From NCBI GenBank assembly GCA_013265495.1, contig MU058781.1, forward strand, positions 6,166,522-6,230,521: DNA of 64,000 nt, written 5' to 3'. The position numbers and the translations under genes are program-made. Each line of letters begins with the position of its first letter. Position 1 is the stretch's first letter. The notes beneath the pieces are model-generated. The model was not told the origin of the DNA. It was given only the letters and a program-made list of their open reading frames with translations, and searched no databases. The DNA comes from Vicugna vicugna (taxonomy: Eukaryota). Below are positions 24,687-37,259 of this stretch, piece by piece.

Positions 24687-25694
24687 TGTTACTGAATGCA
24701 AGTTAATTTGCATTGAGGTGGGAAGCCCCATAAAAAGGCCAGCAGGACCCCTTAGGCAGGGCCGCAGCTCTCCTCCCAGCACCGTCTGGTTCCGTGGCCC
24801 AGAGGCTTTATCTCACTTTTCGCCTCTGAAGCGGCTAACTTACACCTAGAATTCTATTGGTTCCCTGAGCTCACTTTTGATTGGTTATTGCTCTCACTCC
24901 TGATTGGTTATTACTCTCACTCCTGATTGGTTATTGCTCTTACTTCTGATTGGTCCACTTCCCTAACTTCTGATTGGTCCATTCATAGTACTTTATTTGC
25001 ATGGAGCTCACTCCTGATTGGTCTGTTTCTACAAAGCTTGTTCCCGGTTGGTCAACTTCTGTTGTACTTTATTTGCATATGATGTTGCAAAGTGTAAAAC
25101 TGGCAGCCTATAAAAGGCCTGTGTAAACCTACAGACTGCGTCCAGGAGTGGTCGTGTCAATTTGTTGGGGTCATCTTGTGTAATAAAGGTGAGTTCTTCA
25201 ACTTTCTGAGTGTTGATTGGTCTCTATCCTGGCTGCAGGTTGGTGTCACAACTGAGCTTTGACAGTTTTTTCCGGGCAACAGCATAATGCACAGTGAGGC
25301 CAACTAATACCAAAATGGCGCTGTCTGTAGCAGACAAAGGTTTGTTGCTGGGTGGGCAAGGAAAACCAGGAGCTCTGGCTCACAACCCCCGAGGCCCAGG
25401 AGGGACTCAGCTGAGCCTTTTTAAGGCTGAGTGAGGGCAGGACGTCCCAGGGTAGGCAGTCAGCTCTGCACAATTCTCTGGTTGATAGTAATCAATCCTT
25501 AGATACCAGAAGGTCTGAGGTCATGACAATCAGGTAGTTAATTTCTTCCATTTGGTGGTAATTTTTAGCATCTGAAAAACTCAAGAAATACTCATAAGAC
25601 ACTATTATCTGGGTCCTTCAGAGATGAGCTACAGCAGAGGATATGGGGGAGGGGTCTGTGCTGGGAAGTCCCCATAGGGTCCTGCTCCATTACA
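24687..25694 (-). mobile_element. 5' LTR of the provirus, split by a nested solo LTR (host parts 24687-24713 and 25282-25694)
   Basis: Aligns with the 3' LTR (shared blocks cacagtgaggcc, ttagcatctgaaaaactcaag, atctgggtccttcagaga). Followed on minus by PBS-like tggtaaagcctgtagggga (~24664-24682). Confidence 0.85.
24714..25281 (+). mobile_element. Nested solo LTR (ERV1-like, 568 bp) with CCAAT-box tandem array
   Basis: TG...CA ends; TSD GCAT at 24710-24713 and 25282-25285; TATAAAA 25109-25115; AATAAA 25182-25187; ATTGG at 24856, 24880, 24903, 24926, 24949, 24973 and 25017. Confidence 0.85.
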
Positions 25695-25698
25695 GTAT

Positions 25699-27300
25699 CT
25701 TTTTATTGCTAAATAGGATTCCACTGACTGGACCACCACAGTTTTGTTAATCCACTTACCCACTGAAGGCTATGTGGGTTGTTTCCTGGTTTGCGTGACT
25801 ATGAAGAATGTTTTCATAAAACGTTCATGTACAGGTTTGTGTGAAGTTTTCATTTGTCTAGGTTAAATACTTAAAAATGGGATTTTTGGATCAGACGGTA
25901 AAGGTATGTTTTTCTTGGTAAGAAACTGTTACTCTTTCCTAGAACGACCGCGCCATTTCACGTTACCACCAGCAGCAATGCGTGAAGAGTTCTAGTTGCC
26001 TTGCTTCCTCGTCATCACTTGGAAGGGTAAGTTTTGTTTTATATTTTCATTTTTATTTTAGCCATTCTAACAGACCCACAGTAGTATATCATTGTTTTAA
26101 TTTACATTTCCTTAATGAGTAATGGTGTTGAATATATTTTTATGTGCTTTATTTGATATCCCCATATCTTAGACAAGTGTCTACTCATATCCTATTTTTA
26201 AATTGGATTATTATTGAGTTTTAAGAGTTCTTCGTATATTTGGATACAAGTCCTTTGATGCATATGAAATTCGCAAATATTTTATCCCTCTCTATGGCTT
26301 GTTTTCATTCTCTTAACATTGTCTTTCTGGGAGCAAAATGTTCTAATTTTTAAATTTTGGTGATGTCTACTTTATCATTTTTTCTTTTATGGATCATGGT
26401 TTTGATGTGATATCAAAGAACTCTGCCTAACCTAAATAAGATTATAAAGATTTTTCTCCTCTTTTCTTCTAAAGTTTTGTAATTTAAAAAATTTTGGATT
26501 TAAGTATGAAGTCTATTTTAAGTTAATTTTGTATATGATGTGAGGCATATAGATGTCCAATTATTATTCCAGGACCATTTGTTGAAAAGACTGTATTTTT
26601 CCATTGAAATACCTTTGTTCCTTTGTCAAAAAATAAATTGACCATATTTGTGTGGGTCTATTCCTAGATTTATTTTCTGTGTGTGTCTCCTTATGCAAGA
26701 ATCACATGACCCTTGATAACTGTAAGTCATCAAATCCTGTAATGTGAGTTCTCTGATTATTATTTTATGAAATTCTTTTGGTTATTGTAATTCCTTTGAT
26801 GTTCCATGCAGATTTTAGAATCATCTTGTCTATTTCTACAAAAAATTCTGCTGAGATTTTTAATTAAAATCCCATTGAATCTGTAGGTTAATTTGAGAGG
26901 TGTTGACATCTTAACTATACTGAGTCTCCCAAGACCTTAGGAAAACTTGTCCGTTTCTTTGCATCTTTGACTTCTTTAAATCATGTTTTGTGCCTTTTAG
27001 CATAGAAAGCCTATAAGTGTTTTGTCATATTTAGACCTAAATATTTGATTTTGGGAACTATTACAAATGGCACTTTGTTTAAAAACTATAATTTCCAATT
27101 GTTTATTGCTACAGTATCTAGAAATGATTTTTGTATGGTGACCTTGAATCCTACAATCTTGCTAAATTGACCTATTAGTTTAGGAGCTTGTTTTGTAAAC
27201 GGCTTGGTATTTTCTATGTAGATAATCATATTGTCTCTGAAGGGAGATAGTTTTATTTCTTCCTTCCCCACATGTACGCCTTTTATTTGTTTTCCTTGCC
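25699..27300 (-). mobile_element. Old L1 3'UTR/ORF2; right part of the provirus host
   Basis: Continues the left part (tttttattgctaaataggattcc...). The minus ORF at 27086-27364 contains ORF2 RT-like IKGVHVGKEEIKLSPFRDNMIIYIEN. Confidence 0.85.
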
Positions 27301-27785
27301 TGAGATGGCAGGATAGTCCAGGAGCTTTTTGTGTATTTCCCCTTCCTAATCTAGAATTAGCCATTTCCCAAGAATCCTTGGTATCATCCAGTGGGAAACC
27401 AAATGGTGTTCCAATTCCATCATGTAGATGCTAGGGGTACATATTTCTACGGTGTTGGTTGTTGTTTTTAAGGTATTTTTAGTGTACAGAGTGAGAAAAA
27501 ATACATATGACATAAAATACCTAACGAATTCATGTTTATATATTTTATGTAAATTCAAGATTACAGAGTTTTTCTTACACTTTTCTATATTCCATTTTTA
27601 TTTCCTTTCTCCCACCCTAAGAATCCTGATTCCAAAGGATACTGGGGACAATAGATTTAAAATATACCATAATTATTTGTTTAAACCGCAAAGCATTCAC
27701 AACAGTCTCCAAAAAGCAAGCTAATCTGGCCACCATCGGTGTAATCACTGAAAACATTTTAAAAAGTTTTCACACTCCCATTTTT

Positions 27786-28233
27786 TTTAAATTTTATTTA
27801 TTTTTTTATTGATTTTATTTTTTTAACATTTTTTATTGATTTATAATCATTTTATAATGTTGTGTCAAATTCCAGTGTTCAGCACAATTTTCCAGTCATT
27901 CATGGACATATACACACACTCATTGTCACATTTTTTTCTCTGTGAGTTATCATAACATTTTGTGTATATTTCCCTGTGCTATACAGTGTAATCTTGTTTA
28001 TCTATTCTACAATTTGAAATCCCTGTCTATCCCTTCCCACCCTCCACCCCCCTGGTAACCACAAGTCTGTATTCTCTGTCTGTGAGTCTGTTTCTGTCCT
28101 GTATTTACACTTTGTTTTTGTTTGTTTGTTTGTTTTTTAGATTTCCACATACGAGCGATCTCATACGATATTTTTCTTTCTCTTTCTGGCTTACTTCACT
28201 TAGAATGACATTCTCCAGGAGCATGGATGCTCC
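27786..28233 (-). mobile_element. Relatively young 5'-truncated L1 3'UTR with intact TSD
   Basis: T-rich tail on the left; 16-bp TSD tcacactcccattttt at 27770-27785 and 28234-28249. Sits in older L1-like sequence (~27300-28780). Confidence 0.88.
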
Positions 28234-30079
28234 TCACACTCCCATTTTTATCTGTCTTCCAGTATCTACATTGTCAGGGCACATATCCATTACATACTAT
28301 ATTCTTTTCCTTTTGAGCCCTTTTAGTTGTAAAAGTAACAGTACGCTTAAAGTTCACCAACTGTTCTTATGTCGGTGTCTCTCTAGTTACCCTGGTTGTC
28401 TGAGGATCATTCTTCAGTAGATGCTTCAGGAGGAGCTCATACAATGTTCCCTGCATCCCTGCATGTTTACTAGTATGTCCTAGTTATGCCTGAGAGTCAG
28501 TTTGCTGGATATACAATCCTTACTTCACATTCTTCTTTCTTTGTAATCTATTTTCATCTGTTGTTATTAGAAAGTCTGATGATAATCCAGTTTTTTTCCT
28601 GTGTAAATTGTGTGTTCTTTTTGGCTAGATGCCCAACAGAATTTTTTCCTTTTCTTTAAGATCCAGTCATTTTATTGGAATAGGCCTTCGTGTTGGTTAT
28701 TGTAGGTCAATTTTCCATATACGGTTTCAAAATATTACTTTATTTCAAAAAAGTTACCTAGAGTTATAGAATTTGAGGGGATTAACCAAATCATGCGAAG
28801 TGCTTCATATATTGCCTTCCATATATTAGATCTCAATTAATATTAGGTATAATGTAAATATCAAAATTCAGAATCCCTCCCCCACCCCCCCAGAAAAGAA
28901 TGAAGGAACATTTTTAGTTCAGATTTCTAAGAATCTGAATACATTGTTTAATGGAGAGGGGAATGATAGCGCTGAGGAGGTCACGTTCACCAGATGCTGT
29001 CACAAGCTAGTGTCCCCATGCATGCAATCGGATGCAAGCAGGACTCTGTAAAGATGTGTTGTGATTTTTGAGCTTTGGAGTCAGAAATCCCATGTAAATT
29101 AACCATAATCCTTAGAAATCTGGAGTGAAGTAGAGTCTTCATGGGTACAATGTACTGCCTTGTAACACACCTCTGATAGAACTGGTCCTATTTTTATTTG
29201 GTTGGAAGTTGGGATTATGTCTATGTGACGTGCTGAACATTTGGTCAGTCCCATTAAATCTCACCAGACTGACCCAAGGTCTGAAGTCACCCCCATGACC
29301 TTGCCAAGGATAGCTCAGGTGGCAAACACACAGCCGGGCTTTGAATCGTTCTCTTTCTGATGCTGGTTCTCCTTGCTTTCATAGTTTTAGGCATGCATCA
29401 GAACTGTAGTATCTTGACGGGGCTTCTCCTAGCCTGTCTTGGAGAAAAAACATACATTTGTTCCAAGCATTTCGCCTGCAAGTCCCTATTGCCAGTCTTA
29501 ATAGTCGGTTCTATTGATGCTTGACTTCACAACCACATGTGTGCTATTAACTCAAGCTATATTAAACCTGCAGGAATCAGTCCCACAGATGACGGCAAGC
29601 TTTGGCTTGTGTTACCTCTTTTGCCCTTAGTTCTATCCTGCTGCTTTGCTCCAATACAAAGAGCCCTCTTAAATGTTTTCCCTGCCAGGCTGGCTGAGCT
29701 GCAAAGGTTGCTATCCAGCATTCCACAGTCAGGCAGCATTATCTGGCGTTTCGCTCCAGTGTTTACTTAGAACAACGGTGGGGACGTTTTTCTGTGGAAG
29801 GTCACAGACTGTGAGAGAAAGTTGTTCAGAGGCTGCATAAGTAAAAAGCAAGTAAATATCAAATACAAGGCTCAGCCGCTTTGTGTATTAAAAATTGTTA
29901 ATAAGAAAACAAATCAGAAGAAAACAAATAATAAAAATCATTGTTTCGTATCTTGGCTGTTTTTAAAGGAGAGGTTGGGAGACAAGTAGAAGGAAGGAAG
30001 AAAATGGTGTTGGAAATTTTAAAAATAAATACTGGTGGATGGAGTAAAACCCAAAGATTTAAAGAGAGCAATTGAATGT

Positions 30080-30082
<3 letters not shown>

Positions 30083-30125
<43 letters not shown>
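30083..30125. repeat. (CA)n microsatellite, about 21 units
   Basis: Uninterrupted AC run. Confidence 0.95.
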
Positions 30126-30128
<3 letters not shown>

Positions 30129-30235
30129 TCAATTTAATACTGTGATGATTGATTGTTTTCTATTTATGTGCTGTTTATAAGAAATGTATTTAAAACATAA
30201 GGCTCCAGAAAGGTTGAAATTAAAGGATAGGAAAA

Positions 30236-30309
30236 GGTACTCTGTAGAAATATCAACTGAATCATTTCCTATGGTACTCTGTAGAAATATCAACTGAATC
30301 ATTTCCTAT
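30236..30309. repeat. Perfect 37-bp tandem duplication
   Basis: ggtactctgtagaaatatcaactgaatcatttcctat at 30236-30272 and 30273-30309. Confidence 0.95.
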
Positions 30310-30630
30310 AGTGTATATAACAAATTACCACAAATTAAATTGCTTAAAGAATTTCAAGGTTTCTTTGGGTCAGGAGTCCAGGGACGGCTTAGCTGGGCCC
30401 ACTGGAAGGTTTCAGTCAAGGTGTTGGCCAGGGCTGAGTCTCATCTGGAGACCTGAGTCAGGGAGGACCTGTTTCCAAGCTCCCTGATGTTGGAAAAATT
30501 TATTCCCTTGCAATTGTAGGATTCACGGCAGCCTGCTTCTTCAAATCTAGCAAGAGAGAAAGAAACAGAGATAGGGAGAGAGACAGACAGACTAAAGCAA
30601 ATGTACCATACCCACAAGAGTGACATCACA
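30300..30630 (-). mobile_element. Partial MaLR LTR (MLT1E/F-like)
   Basis: taacaaattaccacaaa...gggtcaggagtccaggg..ggcttagctggg...tcaaggtgttggccagggctg. Confidence 0.7.
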
Positions 30631-31132
30631 TGTGAGGGTTAATTTTATGTGTTGATTTGACTAGGCTAAGGAATGCCCAAATAGCTGCTAAAACATTATT
30701 TCTGGGAGTGTCTCCGGAAGAGATCAGCATTTGGGTCAGTAGGCTGAGAAAAGAAAATCAACCTCAGTGCAGATGGGCATCACCCACTGGGGGCCTGGAT
30801 AGAACACAAAGTGTAGAAAGGATGAATTCATTCTCCCTGCTCAAGCTGTTCTCCAGCTCTCAGACACTGGTGTTCTTAGTTCTCATGTGTTCAAACTCAT
30901 ACTGGGACTTAGACCATAGTCATTCTGATTCCCAGGCCTTCAGACTCTCAGACTGAATTATAACACTGGTTTTCCTGGTTCTCCAGCTTGCAGACAGCAG
31001 ATCATGGGGCTTCTTGGCCTCCTTAACCATGTCAACCAATTTCTATAATAAGCCTCCTCTTATCTATCTACCTACCTATCTACCTACCTATATCCTGTTG
31101 GCTCTGTTTCTCTGGAGAACTCTAACACAAAT
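30631..31132 (+). mobile_element. ERVL LTR (MLT2-like)
   Basis: tgtgagggttaattttatgtgttgatttgactaggctaagg start; ggctctgtttctctggagaactct end, preceded by a (CTAT/CTAC)n tract. Confidence 0.85.
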
Positions 31133-31195
31133 ATTCAGTTTGTATATATTCAGTACATACATTCAACTGACTTCACTGTTCAGTATGTATATACA

Positions 31196-31235
31196 TAGGT
31201 AGGTAGGTAGATAGGTAGATAGATAGATAGGTAGG
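31196..31235. repeat. (AGGT/AGAT)n tetranucleotide repeat
   Basis: taggtaggtaggtagataggtagatagatagataggtagg. Confidence 0.85.
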
Positions 31236-34200
31236 GAAATCTAAGGAGACATGCCCGTCCTTCTGGCCCCACTTTGTTTCCTCTATTTCTCCTTCTCTAG
31301 CTCCTTTAACTGCTGTCCACTCACGCCCTGCCTGCCTCCACTGGGCCCAATTCCTGAGGCAGTTGTGAAAGGGAAGACTAGCCACAATCTCATTGCTGCC
31401 AATGGGTGGATCTTGGAATTGCATCCCAGGACCCAGACTTGGGTTCCAGTCACCTAGCCGCATCTGCTTGCCAACCCCGGTGGCTCAATGAGTCTCTGCG
31501 ACTCTCTCCAGAAAACCTGGAAAAGGGCAGTGGGGGAGGGTCACAAGTCCCGGGTCACCATGGCACAACCAAGCTGAGGCTCCCCTCCCCACCCAGTTAC
31601 TGTTGGCGCCATATTTTGCTCTGGCCAGAGCACGTTCCTCCAGGGGGAGTGGGTTTCTTCCTATGAGAGTCACTTTAGGAAGAGTTCCGTATGGGGCAGG
31701 AACAGAGAAGTCAGAGGCAGATCTTAAGTTGGCTGAGAGGAAATACCCTCTTCTCTCCCAGGCCTGGAGTGGCTTTGGACCCAGGTCTGAGATACGGAGC
31801 AGTTTGGAGCTCTTCTTGTGGGGACCCAGCCAAGCCAACCTGGAGGACGGCACAGAACCTGTGCTGTGTCAGTAAATTTCTTTCTGAATTGTGTTTCCCA
31901 TCTATTACTTCTGAACTTACAGCAAACTCTCATTAAAGCACAGCTGCTATCTTCCCTGCAATGGGGATTAAGAGAAAGGACCTACCCCAAGCCGACGATA
32001 AGGTCAACCATGGGAAGCAACTCCTCCCTGGAGGCCAGAGTCGCCTGACATCATCAAAAGCAGCAGAAGAGAGCTGGGCCCAGAAGGATGAGCAGCATTT
32101 TCAGGTGATAAGGGGGGGTGCTGGGGGCCAAGACCTGAGGGACCTGCACCTACTCCCCCCAGTTGCCGGTGAACATTTTAGGAAGGATGACTGAGATAGT
32201 AAATCCCATGATGTCAGCACCACTGGGTTACCGTAATAGCATCAACAGATGTTTACTGTGTGCAAAACGCTTCCCATAAATGATCCCACTTCATCATCCC
32301 AGCAGCCCTTGGAGGTTAGTTCCTCCACTGCTGTTTTGCATACGAGGAACTCTTAACTGGACCTGGGAGACAGCAAGTGGCTGCTCAGCAGCACCAGAGG
32401 CTTTGGGCCAGGTCTGTAACTCTGAAGCCTGTGCACTTCCCACTACCTCACAGGCCCTCACCTGCTACCTCTTCACCTGGCAGTTTAGGAAGTCATATGA
32501 GGACAGTGACAGTATTGCATTCTGTAAATTGCAAGTTGCCAAGGGCCTCGGCTAGGCTTAAGCGCCATTCATCCTCTTGTGACTTTTAAGGAAGTCACCA
32601 GTGGTCATTTGTGTGATTCCACTGTGTTTGGGTAGCCGTGGGACAAGTGAAAATACAGGCTGTCGTTATTTGTCTTGTGCGGAGGATTAAATTTGAGAGG
32701 AATGGATTTGGCTCTAAGTCCTAAATTATCCCAATCTGATTCAAAATCATTTCTTCTCTTAATTCCATTCATAGACACCTGGCCTCAACATACCCTGAGC
32801 AACTACTGCCTTGCTCTATTTTGTTCCTTCACTTGTTTTGTCTTCTGAAAGATGATCACAGCTCCTCCACAGTCCCTACTCAAAGTAAACATCAGTTCCT
32901 GAGAGAAATGAATATGCCCCAGAGAGTCCCTTTAATAACAAAGACCATATTACTATCACATTTCAGTAGCACCAAACCTCCAACTCATACACATGATGTT
33001 TAGACAGCCACTGAAGACGGACCTTGAAGAGCAGTTCTGTGAAAAGAAAGCATAACACAAAAATACAGGTCTTAAAGTATATTCACATGAGCTTCAATAT
33101 ATGGCATTATTTGCTCAGACACAAAGCTTTTCATTTTACATTTATTTCTGAACCATTCATGTCACCTTGATTTGCAATAATTTCATGAGATTCTAGCAGA
33201 TAAACCACTTTACAGCACTTATATTTGCCTTATGGGTGAGGGCATTTAACTGCATTAAAATTGTGAAGATACTATATTTACATGTATCAAGCAGCTCTAG
33301 AACGAGAAGAAAAGCACCCCCACCGCCCGGATTGCAGCCTTACTTTCTGCAGCTGAAGCAGACTACAGTCTGGTCATTCGTCTTCGTGTGGAAGGTTTTT
33401 GAGATTTCAATTCATGTAGTATGTGTGTGGCTATCATCTGTCAGATGTCTTGCTGTCTCACAGTGTGATCCTATCACATTTAAATGGAAAAACGAAGGGA
33501 AGCTAAAATCGTCCTGGCCCCCATTGTTAGGACATCTCTTAGTGCCTCATCTGGATGTTACGTGAAGTGATGCAAATATCATCTTCTTTAAGGAGGTCCA
33601 CGTTTAGCACAGGCCATTTGGATGTTGGGCTAACACCAAAATGGCCCTTCTGCCACAGGAGCAAACTTAAAAATAGTTTATTAAACTGGCACATAGGAAT
33701 TTTCCACCTGAAATCATATTCCCAAGGAGAAAGTCTCCCTGGTGACAGTTTTTATGGGTTAGTTTGTTTATATCTGCCTTGTCCCAGAAAGACTTTTAGA
33801 CAGCTAGTCACTGCTGTCAGTCTGATAGGGTGTCCCATGTATTATTAACAAAAATCCTTCCAGTGCTCATTCTGATGACTTGAGGATGGAGATAAAGCAA
33901 ACATTTTGGAGTTGTCTTGGTGCACCATTAAGATATCACCAAAACCTCACTCTGACCCTAGCTGTCAATTCTAATACTTTTAACCCATGACATGAAGTTT
34001 TAAATATAGGTACTACTGACTTCATTATATGGCAAGGAATTTTTCTATGTTCACAAGTTCTACAAAGCAAAATGATAAAGCCTGATCTTAATCTGAAAAT
34101 GGCAAAGTATTGATGGAGGCATTCTAGGTAATTCTGTCCCCTGGGCAGATTCACCCTACAGAGTATGAGGAAGCCAAAAAAGAAGGAAGACTTATTTACC

Positions 34201-34501
34201 CAACTAATCAAGACCAGGAAGTGGCGACTTCAGTTGTATGCACCTCTGTGATAACAGTAGCTGCTTCCACTGATTAAATACACACCGCACACCAGGCACT
34301 GTGACAGACAGAGGCTCTACATACATTTGTCCTTGACAGTGACCCTACTATTATCGCTAACTTACAGAAGAGAAAATAAATAAAAACTCAATTAGCTCCC
34401 CCTCCCAAAAAAAGATTAAAGAATAAATCACCATGGAAGTGTATTATAGCAGACATTGCTGGTTCCATCCTAAATTCTCCCTTATTGGCAGGACCCTTGC
34501 A

Positions 34502-35560
34502 TTTTTTTCATTGATGTATATTCAATTTACAATGTTGTATCAATTTCTGGTGTACAGCATAATGTTTCGGTCATACATATACATACATACATTCTTTTTC
34601 ATATCCTTTTTCATTATAGGTTGCTACAAGATATTGAATATAGTTCCCTGTGCTATACAAAACAAACTTGTTGTTTATCTATTTTATATACAGTAGTTAG
34701 TATCTGCAAATCTCAAACTCCCAATTTATCCCCGGATAACCATAAGTTTGTTTTCTATGTCTATGAGTCTGTTTCTATTTTGTAAGTAAGTTTATTTGTG
34801 TCTTTTTTTTTTAGATTCCATATATAAGTAATATCATACGGTATTTTTCTTTCTCTTTCTGGCTTACTTCACTTAGAATGACAATGTCCGGGTCCATCCA
34901 CATTGCTGCAAATGGCATTATTTTATTCTTTTTTTTATGGAGAAGTATTCCATGATATAAATATACCACAGCTTATTTATCTAGTCATCTGTCGATGGAC
35001 AAATATTTAGGTAGCCTCCATGTCTTGGCTATTGTAAATAGTGCTCCTGTGAACATTGGGGTGCATGTGTATTTTTGAATTACAGTTCCTTCTGGATATA
35101 TGCCCCCAAGAGTGGAATTGCTGGATCATGTGGTAAGTCTATTTTTAGTTTTTTGAGGAATTTCCATATTATTTTCCATATTTGCTGTACCAACTACATT
35201 CCCACCAACAGTGTAGGAGGGTTCCCTTTTCTCCACACCCTCCAGCATTTGTCATTTGTGGACTTTTGAATTATGGCCATTCTGACTGATATGAGGTGAT
35301 ATCTCATTGTAGTTTTGATTTGCATTTCTCTGATAATGAGCAATATTGAATATTTTTTCATGTGCCTGCCTGTTGGCCATTTTTATGTCTTCATTGGAGA
35401 ATTGCTTGTTTAGGTCTTCTGCCCATTTTTGGATTGGGTTGTTTGTTTTGTTATTAAATTGGATGAGCTGTTTATATATTCTGGAAATTAAGCCCTTGTC
35501 AATTGCATTATTTGCAAATATTTTCTCCTATTCTGTAGGCTGTCTTTTGTTTTGCTTATG
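34502..35560 (-). mobile_element. 5'-truncated lineage-specific L1 inside a MaLR LTR
   Basis: Reverse-complement homologue of the L1 at 2977-3939; degenerate TSD aggacccttgcatttt / aggacacttactttt. Confidence 0.9.
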
Positions 35561-35985
35561 AGGACACTTACTTTTATCTGGTGCCCATTACTCTTCTTTG
35601 TAACCCACAAATAAATCTCTAGAAGCCTCATACAATCATGGTGGTCCATTCCCTCTCCCCAGTGATTGTTTAAGGTGTACATGTTACGTAACTCTGGCTG
35701 AGATATGGGATAAATCTGCTGGCGGGGTGGGGGGAACTCTGGAAAATGTTTCATTAAATAGGGAAGAAACAGTTCCTCTTCTGCCCATTTTTGTAGTAGT
35801 GTCTGGATGTAATATCTTGAACAGAAGCAACTATCTTTTGACCCAGAAGAAGCTACCCAAAGACAAGGTTAACACTGAGGAAGACAGCAGAAAAGTAGAA
35901 AGAATCTGGGCCTGAATGACATAATTTAACCACTGAATTAACCAAACCTTAGATCTGCCGTATCCAAGAACTTCTTATGTGAAGT
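35561..35985 (+). mobile_element. Old MaLR LTR (MLT1J/K/L-like); its 5' part lies at ~34445-34500
   Basis: ccctctccccagtgattg..., agaaagaatctgggcctgaatgacat...ccactgaattaacc...gaacttcttatgtga. Confidence 0.6.
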
Positions 35986-36019
35986 CCTGTATCTCATTAA
36001 TGCGTAATTTAATTCCATT

Positions 36020-36500
36020 GCCAAAAATATACAGTTACAGTCAGAGATTTCAACCACCCTCTCAATCATTGATGGAACAACTAGAGGGAAAGTCAGTAAA
36101 GACAAAGGTGACTAGAACAACACCATCAACCAACTTGGCCTAACTAACATTTGTAGAAAACTCCACTCAATAACAGCGGAATGTAATTCTTTTAAAGTGC
36201 ACATGGAATATTTACCAAGATAGATCATATTCTGGATTGTAAAACAATTCACAATAAATTTTAGAAGATTCAAATTATCCAAAGTATATTTTTGGCAATG
36301 GAATTAAATTAGAAATCAGTAATGGAGAGACAGCCTGCAAATTCTCAAATACCTAGAAACCAAATCACACACTTAACTAACCCACAAGTCCAAGAAGTCA
36401 AAGAGAAAATTAGGAAGCATTCTGAAATTATGAAATATCATTAATAAAATGAAAAGTAAGCCACACAATGTGAAAAAATATCCATAAGACATATACTGAC
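36020..36500 (+). mobile_element. Old L1 ORF2 endonuclease-region fragment
   Basis: gagatttcaaccaccctctcaatcattgatggaacaactaga...gcacatggaatatttaccaagatagatcatattctgg. Confidence 0.8.
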
Positions 36501-36771
36501 CCATCATAAGTGTTCAATAAATGTTAGTGTTTATCATTGTTATGATTATTATTGTCATTATTAACATTTGACTTTGCATACGAAAGTAGCTTAGATCAGT
36601 GTTAGGAAATGAAGAGTTTAACTTAGCCTGGTGGAAAAACATTATTTCACTATGCCAGTGATATTTTATCAGCCATTATAATCACATGTAAAATCTTATT
36701 TGAAGGACAAATCCAGTCTGTATATTGATAATGCTGTATTACCTACACGGTAACTATTCTCATTATTGAGA

Positions 36772-36783
36772 ATATATATTGTG

Positions 36784-36813
<30 letters not shown>
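36772..36813. repeat. (TA)n(CA)n compound microsatellite
   Basis: Directly visible. Confidence 0.85.
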
Positions 36814-36814
<1 letters not shown>

Positions 36815-37259
36815 AAATCTAGGCTTTATAAATTTAGTCTATACAGAGTAGAGTCCTTTTTGGACTCTCTACTCATACTTTCTGGAAAATTCTAACTCAT
36901 GCTAATTATTTCATTAACTGCAGCTACTCATAGAGAACATGAGATCTTCTGCATTTTCACTCAGAAATCATTTTTCAATAGAAAGTTGCTTTTTCTTTTC
37001 TTTTTCCATTGATCTAGAAGAAGAAATACATTGGAAGAAATGATCTTTTTCTAAGAGAGTTTTTAAATTTGGAAAGAACCATGGTGGGAATATGCTTCCC
37101 TTCACGCACCAGTAATACAGGTTTGGCTTCAAAGAAAGGCAATGGCACGTTGGTATTTATCATACAAGAATTTCAGTCTCAATTTGTATATAGGAAAGAT
37201 CAAGGCCACCATACTTTCTGCATTGGGAAGACCAGAACTATGGTTTTTATTTATTTTGG

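Larger units (their letters stand above)
20025..25694 (-). mobile_element. Non-autonomous ERV1-class (MER4-group/MER41-like) provirus with two LTRs
   Basis: 4-bp TSD GTAT at 20021-20024 and 25695-25698; two homologous TG...CA LTRs; polypurine tract next to the left LTR; PBS-like TGG next to the right LTR; env remnant; AT-rich interior with no gag/pol ORF. L1 sequence continues on both sides. Confidence 0.9.

Noticed and set aside
24850..25050. 23-24 bp periodic repeat as a CRISPR-like array
   Set aside because: Units are head-to-tail without unique spacers and sit in the U3 of an LTR; they are CCAAT-box repeats.
31480..31940. Possible ancient LTR or coding exon (several overlapping ORFs)
   Set aside because: I found no termini, TSD or recognisable protein, so neither call can be supported without a search.
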